From the IMG/VR virus record IMGVR_UViG_3300021411_000080, positions 1 to 37,717 of that record: DNA of 37,717 nt, one strand, 5' to 3'. Below are positions 1 through 7,355 of the stretch, in pieces; the stretch's first letter is position 1, and every line of letters begins with the position of its first letter. This DNA comes from a virus. Lineage: Duplodnaviria; Caudoviricetes. The notes beneath the pieces were generated by a model. The model did not search any database and was not told where the DNA came from. It saw nothing but the letters and a program-made list of their open reading frames with translations. Made by a program: the position numbers and the translations under genes.

Positions 1-79
1 ACTTCCGTGACGTCTGCGGCGAGCAGGAGAACGAGATGTTGTATCGGGCACTGGACGACGCGGTGAAGGGAGAGAAGCG

Positions 80-238
80 ATGACGCGCCGGTTCCGCCGA
101 CATCGACAAACGCTATGCACCCTCGGCCGATTCATCTACCGCGACCTCAGCGCCGCCCGTTTGGCCTCCCGGGGAACACCGCAGCGGGTTGAGCAGTGCG
201 CCGACCACTGGCATCTGATCCCGCTGGAGAAGCCGTGA
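80..238 (+). CDS. Small hypothetical protein (52 aa), Cys/His motif
   Basis: Not in ORF track. ATG overlaps upstream TGA (ATGA); MTRRFRRHRQTLCTLGRFIY...EQCADHWHLIPLEKP; stop overlaps next GTG. Confidence 0.6.
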   Translation: MTRRFRRHRQTLCTLGRFIYRDLSAARLASRGTPQRVEQCADHWHLIPLEKP

Positions 239-411
239 ACGGCGTCGACATCCACGGCTACGCCGCTCCCGGTGATAGCGGGTTGTTCAGCCACCAGTAC
301 CGGTGCACCCGCTGTAGCGAGTCGTGGTCCGAGGTCGAGTTCATCACCCCGGCCGAGGCGGAGGAGCGGGCGAAGGCGCACCGCTGCGAACCGAAGGACG
401 TGGTCTGTTGA
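235..411 (+). CDS. Small putative Zn-binding protein (58 aa)
   Basis: GTGA overlap with previous gene; CxxC (RCTRC) plus AHRC. Confidence 0.65.
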   Translation: MNGVDIHGYAAPGDSGLFSHQYRCTRCSESWSEVEFITPAEAEERAKAHRCEPKDVVC

Positions 412-636
412 CCCCATCACCCGAAGATCGGCTGCAGTACATGGAGGACCAGGTCATCAGACTGGTTGTCGAGCGGAACGACGCCCTGGCTGTGCTGCGT
501 GACCTAGTGGCGCATTGGGACGACGAATCAGCGACCCTGTTCATCGGGTACCCGCCTCGGGCTGCGGTCCCGCGAACTTCAGGCACGCGCTCGTGCTCTG
601 GTAGCGGAGCACACCACCAACGAGGAGACGCCGTGA
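408..636 (+). pseudogene. Hypothetical gene, apparently frameshifted near 550
   Basis: TTG start overlaps previous stop. The protein-like reading continues in the +1 frame (RLGLRSRELQARARALVAEHTTNEETP*) to a TGA overlapping the next GTG start. Confidence 0.45.
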
Positions 637-929
637 ACACCCGTAAACTGTCCGCGTTCGTGCACGACCGGATTGACGAACACCCCGATGCGGATGTGCG
701 TGAGGCGTTGCGGGAGCTGTGGAACATGGCCCACGATCAGATCGACGTCACCCCGCCACCGTGGGGACACAAGAAGCGGCTCCCGTCCCCGGAACGCTTG
801 AAGTTCTACCCGCCGCCGGCTGTCCGCCAGTACGTGCCGGGTGAAGTGAAGAACGAGCTGGCGCTACGGGAACTCGCCCGGCAGTGGCGTGACCACCCCG
901 ACTTCCTACCCGAATGGGAGACTACGTGA
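633..929 (+). CDS. DUF6221-like hypothetical protein (98 aa)
   Basis: RBS GAGGAG before GTG 633; C-terminal LRELARQWRDHPDFLPEW resembles the LR.LA..Y.DHPDY..EW signature of actinobacterial prophage DUF6221 proteins. Confidence 0.6.
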   Translation: MNTRKLSAFVHDRIDEHPDADVREALRELWNMAHDQIDVTPPPWGHKKRLPSPERLKFYPPPAVRQYVPGEVKNELALRELARQWRDHPDFLPEWETT

Positions 930-1135
930 CCGGCGACCAAGGCAACTACTGGCGTCGCGTCCAGCTCACCCAGGACCCCGAAACCGGCGAGCAGCGCTGG
1001 ATGCTCAACGACGCCGAGTGGACCCTCATCGGCTTGGTGTGCGATCAGATCGACCGGGCCAACCCGAATCTGCCGATCGAAACCTGTCAGGCGATCGCCC
1101 GGGACATCATCCGACTCGTGAGGGAGCACGCGTGA
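926..1135 (+). CDS. Hypothetical protein (69 aa)
   Basis: GTGA overlaps at both ends; GGGAG RBS. Confidence 0.65.
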   Translation: MTGDQGNYWRRVQLTQDPETGEQRWMLNDAEWTLIGLVCDQIDRANPNLPIETCQAIARDIIRLVREHA

Positions 1136-1203
1136 GCGACAACTATCCGCGCGGCGACGTGGGTGGAAGAACAGATCAGGGCCTTCGAGGAGAGGGGCGG
1201 GCG

Positions 1204-1401
1204 GTGAGCGACGTGTACCAGGCCAAGACCGGTTCGGTGTGGCATTGGCGCGACCCCAACAACCACCGCTGGGCCGCGTCAGCGTGCAACGCCGCCTACC
1301 TGCGGGTAGACGAAGCAAAGCCGCCGGGGCAGGTTTCGAAGGATGCGTGGTGCGGGGCTAGGGCGTGTCAGATTCGGTGGCAGAAGTGGGAGCAGAGATG
1401 A
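1204..1401 (+). CDS. Hypothetical Cys/Trp-rich protein (65 aa; alternative start 1132)
   Basis: GTG after GAGGAGAGGGG; WH...C...CxxxxC pattern. Confidence 0.55.
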   Translation: MSDVYQAKTGSVWHWRDPNNHRWAASACNAAYLRVDEAKPPGQVSKDAWCGARACQIRWQKWEQR

Positions 1402-1471
1402 GTGACCAAGAAGCAGCGGTGAACGGCCCCGAAAGGTAGGCGAGCGGCCGGCCTCCCGAAGACAACCTCAC

Positions 1472-1545
1472 GCAAGCATGTTGCGCTGCATGCTTGCACT
1501 CTGGCCTAGATCCGCAGCTGAACGCATGCATTAGCAGCAAGCATG
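1472..1545. promoter_or_regulatory. Operator-like GCAAGCATG repeats
   Basis: GCAAGCATG (1472-1480) and CATGCTTGC (1489-1497) form an inverted pair with 8-nt spacer; third copy at 1537-1545; lies in the largest non-coding gap. Confidence 0.5.
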
Positions 1546-1603
1546 GACGTTTCGTGGGAGGCGAGCCCTGCCTCAAGCGGACCCCACCGTTTAGTCCGAA
1601 CAC

Positions 1604-1641
1604 AAAGAAAGGCGGCTCTCGGGTGAATGCCGAGAGCCGCC
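1604..1641 (-). terminator. Intrinsic terminator-like hairpin
   Basis: 12-bp inverted repeat GGCGGCTCTCGG/CCGAGAGCCGCC (1611-1641) preceded by AAAGAAA (U-tract on minus strand). Confidence 0.6.
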
Positions 1642-1703
1642 GGTAACACATGCCGCAACATTCGCGACACCTCAGTACCTACACCGAGAGAAGAAAACCT
1701 ACC

Positions 1704-2084
1704 ATGACCACCACTACCGCTCCGCAGACGTCCCCGTGGCTCACCTACGCGCTCACCGCCGCCATCCTCGGCACCGTCGTGGCCACGGTCGTGATCGCCA
1801 CGGAGCTGTCCACGCCGACCGTGACCGTCTCTAGCCAGTCGAGCGCTGAGCAGGTGTTCTTGCGCATCATGGGGCCGAATACCAGCTCAGACGCACTGGC
1901 CCTCGGCCATCGCGCCTGCCTGACCATGGTCTCTGGTCAGGGCACCTACGCCGAGTACCGCCGGGCCGAGGGTGCGCTCATGGCGTATCAGCACGTCGCC
2001 CCCAGCTACGCCCAGTACGTCGTGCACACCGCGCTTGTGTCCGGGCTGTGCCTGGAGCACGGCGGTCAGATAGCGAACCGATGA
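1704..2084 (+). CDS. Membrane-anchored/secreted DUF732-like protein (126 aa)
   Basis: N-terminal TM helix; ALGHRAC...G...A..VV..A....LC pattern typical of DUF732. Confidence 0.6.
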   Translation: MTTTTAPQTSPWLTYALTAAILGTVVATVVIATELSTPTVTVSSQSSAEQVFLRIMGPNTSSDALALGHRACLTMVSGQGTYAEYRRAEGALMAYQHVAPSYAQYVVHTALVSGLCLEHGGQIANR

Positions 2085-2230
2085 CCGTAGCCGTACTGCT
2101 CGCGCTGGCCGCCCTGGTGCTGATCCTGGCACTTGGGGCGAACAGCACCGATACTTCCGTATCGGACGTGCACTGCTACCTGCTCGAATCGACCACTGCG
2201 TGCCCGACGCCGATGGGAATCTTGCGATGA
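2081..2230 (+). CDS. Small membrane/secreted peptide (49 aa)
   Basis: Hydrophobic N-terminus MTVAVLLALAALVLILALG; stop overlaps next ATG. Confidence 0.5.
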   Translation: MTVAVLLALAALVLILALGANSTDTSVSDVHCYLLESTTACPTPMGILR

Positions 2231-2559
2231 GGGTCCGAACCTACGTGCGCATCACCCGACGCCAGCCCTCAGGCTGCGCTCTGGGCCTACTGACGCTGGC
2301 TGGCCTGCTCGTGTTCGCTGGCATTGGCGATGCTTCACCAGTGGCCGGGTTCGCCATCATGGCCCTCGCGGCCCTCGGCATCCTGGCGTACCTGCTCCTG
2401 CCGGTGTACCTGCACCGCAACCACGCCAAGCTCACCCCTGGGTGCCGGCTATGCGCGGCGAAGGCCCAGAAGCTGCGGGCGGCGGAACAGCGCGGGCGCG
2501 CCTTGGCCGCACAACTCGCCGAGTACGCGCGGCTGGACGCGAAGAGCCGCCGCCCCTGA
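2227..2559 (+). CDS. Two-TM membrane protein with H..H....GCxxC motif (110 aa)
   Basis: ATGA overlap; two hydrophobic helices, then HRNHAKLTPGCRLC and a coiled tail. Confidence 0.6.
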   Translation: MRVRTYVRITRRQPSGCALGLLTLAGLLVFAGIGDASPVAGFAIMALAALGILAYLLLPVYLHRNHAKLTPGCRLCAAKAQKLRAAEQRGRALAAQLAEYARLDAKSRRP

Positions 2560-2624
2560 CGTGTTCGGCCTGACTTGCGTTGGTGTCCCAGTCTGGTCCA
2601 CTATGGGCGAGAACAGGAGCCACC

Positions 2625-2882
2625 ATGGACGACAGGCCAAGCCTCGAAGACTCCCTCGAAGAACTACTCGGGCCGAACCAGCCCGATGACGACGGTGTCT
2701 TTATCCGAGGCGCTCAGGAGTCTTTGCGGCGCCGGATCCGCAACACCTACGACGGGGCGAACATGCTCGACGAGCTGCGAAGGCGCGGGTACTCCCTGCG
2801 GGAACTCGAGGAGCTGACCGGCATCTCCAAGAGCAACATTGCCCGATGGGCCACGCCGCCAACCCAGACCGAGGGCGAATGA
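2625..2882 (+). CDS. Helix-turn-helix DNA-binding protein (85 aa)
   Basis: AGGAG RBS; GYSLRELEELTGISKSNIARW is a classic HTH; possible promoter TTGCGT-N18-CACTAT at 2575-2604. Confidence 0.8.
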   Translation: MDDRPSLEDSLEELLGPNQPDDDGVFIRGAQESLRRRIRNTYDGANMLDELRRRGYSLRELEELTGISKSNIARWATPPTQTEGE

Positions 2883-3070
2883 GTAACGACCCGCTGACCG
2901 AGTTCCTATCCACCCTGCCAACGTTGGCGAAGACGCTGCTCGACGCGCACGTTGCGAACTCTCATGGCGACTGCGCCGGATGCGCCCACCAGACCCGGTC
3001 GGTGCGGTGGCCGTGCCAAATCCACGACGCCGCCGAGCAGGCCGACACCGTTCGACGCAACCGCCCCTGA
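2879..3070 (+). CDS. Small Zn-binding protein, H-x6-CxxC-x8-WPC (63 aa)
   Basis: ATGA overlap; AHVANSHGDCAGCAHQTRSVRWPC. Confidence 0.7.
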   Translation: MSNDPLTEFLSTLPTLAKTLLDAHVANSHGDCAGCAHQTRSVRWPCQIHDAAEQADTVRRNRP

Positions 3071-3115
3071 CCTGCCAGTTTGACGCGGGGCCGTCGGACC
3101 GCGATCCTGTGCCGA

Positions 3116-3322
3116 GTGGAACCCGAGCCGTGGCCCCGCGACCGCTTCGACGTAGCGCTCGACCACCTGAGCAAAGCGCGAGCCATCATCGCGCGGCTCA
3201 GGGCGCCGCAGCGGCCCGTCAACCCGTGCGGCTCGACCGAGAATCCGCACATGTGGGTGACGCTCAAGCGCAACGACGGCACCGAGTACACAACCTGCGG
3301 CAAGTGCGGAGCGGCCTGGTGA
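3116..3322 (+). CDS. Small Zn-ribbon-like protein (68 aa; start uncertain)
   Basis: C...H...CGKCG at C-terminus; TTGACG-N17-GATCCT ends 7 nt before GTG 3116, suggesting a leaderless transcript. Confidence 0.55.
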   Translation: MEPEPWPRDRFDVALDHLSKARAIIARLRAPQRPVNPCGSTENPHMWVTLKRNDGTEYTTCGKCGAAW

Positions 3323-3416
3323 GGATGCCCGGACTCTCACCGGGGCCGGCCTACCGTTGCCTAGGACGGATCAGCACCACGGGCAATCCCGCTGCTCTCT
3401 CCTGAGCTACATCCTC
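3317..3416 (-). ncRNA. tRNA-like RNA (100 nt) with aberrant anticodon/variable region
   Basis: Minus strand: GAGGATG-TA-GCTC AGGAGA GAGC-A-[48 nt]-CCCGG TGAGAGT CCGGG-CATCCTC-A-CCA. Perfect 7-bp acceptor, 4-bp D stem, 5-bp T stem, encoded CCA. Confidence 0.8.
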
Positions 3417-3445
3417 AAGCGGATGAGACCCGCAACGCACAAATC

Positions 3446-3501
3446 GCCCCGCACCTGACCGGGTGCCGCCGGGGGACGGCTCGACCGATCAGGTGCGGGG
3501 C
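3446..3501. terminator. Long hairpin near the convergence of plus and minus transcription
   Basis: GCCCCGCACCTGA ... TCAGGTGCGGGGC 13-bp inverted repeat with inner stem. Confidence 0.65.
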
Positions 3502-3538
3502 TTCTACACACTCGGGCACCCAACACCCGAGCGGGACT

Positions 3539-3706
3539 TTAGCGTGTCTGCTGGAACCGGTACCGGCACGTCTTCTCGTGCTCGAGCCGCGCGGTCCGCG
3601 CGCGGAACTCGCCACCGGGCAGCCAGCGCCATACCCGCGTGCAGCCGAAGCGCATGAACGAGCAGATGAGGTAGCTGCCGGTGTGCTCCGGGTCGTGGGT
3701 GGTCAC
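3539..3706 (-). CDS. Small zinc-finger protein (55 aa)
   Basis: GTGA overlap; CSFMRFGC...LEHEKTCRY. Confidence 0.6.
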   Translation of the reverse strand: MTTHDPEHTGSYLICSFMRFGCTRVWRWLPGGEFRARTARLEHEKTCRYRFQQTR

Positions 3707-3855
3707 CGGCGCCTGCCTCTCTGAACTATCTCCGGGCGCCTCGGCGCGAGCGCGCACGCCACCGCGTGAGCCTCGCGGGCCCGTTCGACCGCGTGCTCCA
3801 GGGCGCGGGAGAGCTTCCACTCGCAGCCCGGGTACGGGCAGGCCAGTTGGGGCAT
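3703..3855 (-). CDS. Small zinc-finger protein (50 aa)
   Basis: TGATG coupling to upstream gene; CPYPGC...EAHAVAC. Confidence 0.6.
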   Translation of the reverse strand: MPQLACPYPGCEWKLSRALEHAVERAREAHAVACALAPRRPEIVQRGRRR

Positions 3856-4544
3856 CACATGCCCCCGAAGAACGGCGCGAACCGAGCTGTGGGGTTGGTC
3901 GCGGTGATCAGGGCGCCGATCATGCCCGACAGCCCGGCTGACGTCTGGGTGCACGTGGGCGCCTGGACCGTTGAGACGTTGGGGTTGAACATGTATGGGT
4001 TGCTGCCCGCGTCCAAGTCCATCGTGTAGCCCGACGTGATGGGAGTGGTACCGCCGCTGGCCACCAGCCCGTACCCGATGTACATCCGCAGGGGGCCAGA
4101 TGGGGTCAGCGTCGGGAAGGTGACGGTGGCACTGGACGCGTTGGTCTTGGTCCCGGGAGAACCGTCCGAAGCCCACGTGGCGCCGTTTCCGCCCCCGGAG
4201 GTGAACTGCTGGCAGCACAGTCGCTGAGGGTTGGTCAAGCTTGTGCCGGATGCCGTGATGGTCGAAGACCCCGTGGCGGTGACGGTCCCCATCCACATCG
4301 TCACCGCCGCTGAGCCGGAGAACGCCTGGAACGGCCCCGCTATCTGCGCCCACGCCCCGGCGGTACCCGACCCACTCGCCGGACACCCGCCGCCAGACAC
4401 CCCCGTCACCGTGCCAGAACTGATGAACGACATGGTGAAGACCATGGCGCCGCCGATTGCGGTTGGGTTCACTGACAACGTCACGAGACTTGTCCCCGTG
4501 GCACTGACGAACGAGCCGGACGCGGTGATCGGGTTAACGGGCAT
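3855..4544 (-). CDS. Putative tail fibre/receptor-binding associated beta-rich protein (229 aa)
   Basis: Ser/Thr/Gly-rich beta composition; last gene of fibre cassette. Confidence 0.6.
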   Translation of the reverse strand: MPVNPITASGSFVSATGTSLVTLSVNPTAIGGAMVFTMSFISSGTVTGVSGGGCPASGSGTAGAWAQIAGPFQAFSGSAAVTMWMGTVTATGSSTITASGTSLTNPQRLCCQQFTSGGGNGATWASDGSPGTKTNASSATVTFPTLTPSGPLRMYIGYGLVASGGTTPITSGYTMDLDAGSNPYMFNPNVSTVQAPTCTQTSAGLSGMIGALITATNPTARFAPFFGGM

Positions 4545-4545
4545 G

Positions 4546-5196
4546 CTAGTAACCAGGCGCGAAAGCCATGCAGCGCCATTTGCCGGCGGTGCTGTTGTAC
4601 ATGAACCCGAGGAAGTCGGTCTTACTACCGGTCGTAGTCAGTACCGGCGACGTGACCAAAGACCCGAACGCGTAGTTCGTGCCGTAGGTCAGCAGCCGTG
4701 ACCCGGTGACATCCTGAATCACCTCGACAAGGATCATCTGACCGTCGGTCGAGTTGGTCGGGTTGCCCAACGCCCGAGTGCTCCCGACACCTGAGGTCAT
4801 CGTCAGCCGGAACGTGTTGCCTAGGTTGGCGTCGATAGCGACCGTGGAGGCGTCGGTCAGCGTGACCGGAGTGTTCACCGTCTTGACGAATGTCGCGGTG
4901 CGCGTGAACGTAGGGGAATCAAGGGGCGCCTTAGCCGCCAGGTCAGTAGTCAGCCCTGACACATCCGACTCGACTATGGCCAACGATGCTTTGGCCTGCG
5001 TCGGTGTGCGTGACGCCCATGCACTGGACGCGGCGACCATGAAGTTATCTGTCGTCGCGGTCAAGCCAGCGATGGTCGTCAGGTCGGAATCGAGAGGCTG
5101 CTTGGTGGCATCGCCGGCGTCGATGTACTGCTTGGTGCCGGCTTGCAATGCCAGAGTCGGATCAGCTGGCAGCGTGATCGGCGTCTTGAACAGCAT
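4546..5196 (-). CDS. Tail fibre protein (216 aa)
   Basis: ADPT..LQAGTKQYID fibre motif, KAPLDSPTFT, and C-terminal TLTDASTVAID...QDVTGSRLLTYG..Y.F domain common in phage fibre proteins. Confidence 0.75.
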   Translation of the reverse strand: MLFKTPITLPADPTLALQAGTKQYIDAGDATKQPLDSDLTTIAGLTATTDNFMVAASSAWASRTPTQAKASLAIVESDVSGLTTDLAAKAPLDSPTFTRTATFVKTVNTPVTLTDASTVAIDANLGNTFRLTMTSGVGSTRALGNPTNSTDGQMILVEVIQDVTGSRLLTYGTNYAFGSLVTSPVLTTTGSKTDFLGFMYNSTAGKWRCMAFAPGY

Positions 5197-6137
5197 CAGC
5201 CGATGACGACTATGCGGACCGCGCTGGACGCAGGCGCGGTAGCGAAGGTGATCGTGACGACCGAGGTTGAGGTGGCTACCGCGTCGGCGTAGACGAACGA
5301 GTCGTCAGAGTTCATGCGTAGCTGAACGATGACGTCCTTCGTGCCCAGGCTGTGGGTGACCGCGATAGCCGTGGTGGTTCCGTCACCAATGCTGGCGACG
5401 TACTTACGGGCCACGATCGAGGTGTCGATGGAGTAAGAAGTTCCACCACCGCCGAGAAGCCCTGCACCTGGAGTTGCCAGACGAACCGTGTCGGACACGA
5501 CCTCGACGCCGGTGCCGGGGTTAACCGCCAGAACACCAGAGGACTCGGTCAGGCCGGCCCCGGCAGCGCCGGACCCGACTCGCACGCCAGATGCCGACTT
5601 GCTCAGCGTGGTGCCGTCAAGCACGAGCTGGAACTGAGTGCTGGACAGGTGGATGCCGGTCTCGTCAGCGGTGTACGCGGTTCCGCCGCCGAACTGCACG
5701 AACACGACGTTGGACGAGCCGATCGTGACCGCGTCGGTGGTCTGAGTGAACGCCTTGTCCGCGTTGACCGTGCCAGAGAGGACGAACACCGTGGCTGCGG
5801 CGAGTTCGGCGGTCGAATCGGCATCCGTTGCGCGGGTGGGTGCACCGGACGCGTTAACCGTGTAGATGCCGTTCTCGGTCTGGGTGGCCTGATCCTTGAT
5901 CAGAATCCGGTCGGCGGTGGCTAGCGTGATGCCGTCCACCGTGGAGCCGTTGGCGTAGGCCGATGCCAGCGTGCCGTTGGCGGTAGTGGCCGCGCGAACC
6001 GGGGCCTTCCACCGCAGCCCAGCCAGGTTGTCATCGACGTACTGCTTGTTGGCGATGTCAGTGCCGGTCGAGGGGCTGGCGCAGGCAAGACCTCGCTGGT
6101 TCGCGAGGTCGATGCCCGTCAGGAATTTGACGGCGAT
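5196..6137 (-). CDS. Tail fibre/decoration protein (313 aa), apparent ATC start
   Basis: Frame of the 247-aa track ORF extends 66 codons upstream (IAVKFLTGIDLANQR...DIANKQYVDD...WKAPVRAATT) to near an in-frame TAG at 6147-6149; contains VDGITLATADRILIKDQ...ENGIY motif. Confidence 0.8.
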   Translation of the reverse strand: MAVKFLTGIDLANQRGLACASPSTGTDIANKQYVDDNLAGLRWKAPVRAATTANGTLASAYANGSTVDGITLATADRILIKDQATQTENGIYTVNASGAPTRATDADSTAELAAATVFVLSGTVNADKAFTQTTDAVTIGSSNVVFVQFGGGTAYTADETGIHLSSTQFQLVLDGTTLSKSASGVRVGSGAAGAGLTESSGVLAVNPGTGVEVVSDTVRLATPGAGLLGGGGTSYSIDTSIVARKYVASIGDGTTTAIAVTHSLGTKDVIVQLRMNSDDSFVYADAVATSTSVVTITFATAPASSAVRIVVIG

Positions 6138-6156
6138 GGGGATCCCCTACTTTCTG

Positions 6157-6519
6157 CTAGCTGAAGAGGGCGGAACCGACAGCGGGAACAGCGAACGTGA
6201 TCGTTGTCTGGTCATCGGAGCCGTGCGTGATGTCGGCGTGCACGACCGTCGCTGCCACGTCGAAGAGGCTGACCTGCGGCTTGCGGTGGAGGTTGTGATT
6301 GACGATCCACGTGGCCGCCGGCGAGGCTTGGGTGAAGACGAGCGCTGAACCTCCGGGTGCGCCCGCTGGGCCCTGCGGACCTGTGTCGCCTTGATCGCCA
6401 GCGGGGCCAGCCGGCCCCTGAACCGGCACCACCACGACGCCGGACGCGGGAGGGGCGACGACAACACTCGGCGCGGACGGCGGCCCGATGGTGATGGAAC
6501 CGGGCAGGTTAATCGACAC
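6157..6519 (-). CDS. Minor tail protein with short collagen-like repeat (120 aa)
   Basis: GGGAGG RBS before GTG 6519; GPAGPAGDQGDTGPQGPAG; C-terminal TWIVNHNL...TITF domain. Confidence 0.75.
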   Translation of the reverse strand: MSINLPGSITIGPPSAPSVVVAPPASGVVVVPVQGPAGPAGDQGDTGPQGPAGAPGGSALVFTQASPAATWIVNHNLHRKPQVSLFDVAATVVHADITHGSDDQTTITFAVPAVGSALFS

Positions 6520-6829
6520 TGACCCTCCCCTTGCCCCAGAGCAGGTCATCCCCGGCGCCATCGGTGTAGTGCAGCCGCGCGTAGCTCACCCCGGCGGCCA
6601 GCGCCGCCGCGACGTCCGCCTTATCGACGGCCCATGAGGCGGTTGGGCCGGTGACGGCGGCGGCCCACACGGTCGGCGAGGACCCGCTGCTTGACGCCGA
6701 GAGCCGCAGCTCGATGGCCGTGCCGCCTGCCCAGTTCCCAACGTTGTTGGTGATGGTGGAGACGAAGTCGGCATCGGGCGCGAGTTCGACGTTCAGGTCG
6801 AACGGGATCAGGCCGAGGGTTACGGCCAT
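6509..6829 (-). CDS. Minor tail (fibre attachment) beta-sandwich protein (106 aa)
   Basis: TAATG coupling; LG..P..L...L...ADF...W...ARL......W.KG.V pattern as in actinophage fibre-adaptor proteins. Confidence 0.65.
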   Translation of the reverse strand: MAVTLGLIPFDLNVELAPDADFVSTITNNVGNWAGGTAIELRLSASSSGSSPTVWAAAVTGPTASWAVDKADVAAALAAGVSYARLHYTDGAGDDLLWGKGRVSVD

Positions 6830-6969
6830 TACACGATCACGGCGATGGACAGCAGGATCCCCGCGACAGCGATGAGCCAGATCGGCTGGATGGTCGGCAG
6901 CGGGACGAAGCTGAACGCGAACAGCAGCAGGGCGAGGATGGCCAGGATCAATCTAACGCTGAGGGTCAT
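6829..6969 (-). CDS. Tiny two-TM membrane protein (46 aa)
   Basis: Not in track; AAGGAG RBS; MTLSVRLILAILALLLFAFSFVPLPTIQPIWLIAVAGILLSIAVIV. Confidence 0.75.
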   Translation of the reverse strand: MTLSVRLILAILALLLFAFSFVPLPTIQPIWLIAVAGILLSIAVIV

Positions 6970-6979
6970 GACGGCTCCT

Positions 6980-7195
6980 TTAGCCTGTGAATCCGGCGTT
7001 GCTGAAGATCACGCCGACGTTTCCCCAGAGCAACGCAAATCCGTAGAGGATGGCTGCCACCGACAGCCAGAAGACCGGGTTGGTGAACCGCGACGGCTCG
7101 AACTTCGAAAACACCTGAGCGGCCCAGAAGATCAGCGCGATGAATCCGCAGACTAGCCCGATCAGGCAGGCCGCAATACCAGTCCAGGCGGCCAT
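6980..7195 (-). CDS. Small two-TM membrane protein (71 aa)
   Basis: TGATG coupling; MAAWTGIAACLIGLVCGFIALIFW...FWLSVAAILYGFALLW. Confidence 0.7.
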   Translation of the reverse strand: MAAWTGIAACLIGLVCGFIALIFWAAQVFSKFEPSRFTNPVFWLSVAAILYGFALLWGNVGVIFSNAGFTG

Positions 7196-7344
7196 CAGTA
7201 CCAGCGCCGTCCGGCGTAATGACCGGTCGACCCGAGCAGCAAAAGGATCAGCCCCACGACGAGGAGAAGAATGCCGATTGTCTCGAGAACGCCGATGCCT
7301 ACTAGCCAGCCGATCAAGATCAGGACTACGCCCAATACGATCAT
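7195..7344 (-). CDS. DUF6131-like small membrane protein (49 aa)
   Basis: GAGG RBS; MIVLGVVLILIGWLVGIGVLETIGILLLVVGLILLLLGSTGHYAGRRWY resembles the actinobacterial DUF6131 pattern. Confidence 0.7.
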   Translation of the reverse strand: MIVLGVVLILIGWLVGIGVLETIGILLLVVGLILLLLGSTGHYAGRRWY

Positions 7345-7355
7345 TGCCGTTCCTC

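Noticed and set aside
324-929. 201-aa ORF as one protein
   Set aside because: N-terminus overlaps another gene; internal RBS and GTGA junction indicate separate genes.
3360-3395. Reading the tRNA-like element as tRNA-His (loop CCGTGGT) or tRNA-Sec
   Set aside because: Needs a bulged, over-long stem and lacks U33; no UCA anticodon and only a 7-bp acceptor stem.
3855-6829. Diversity-generating retroelement or invertible fibre cassette
   Set aside because: No reverse transcriptase, recombinase or template/variable repeat pair visible.
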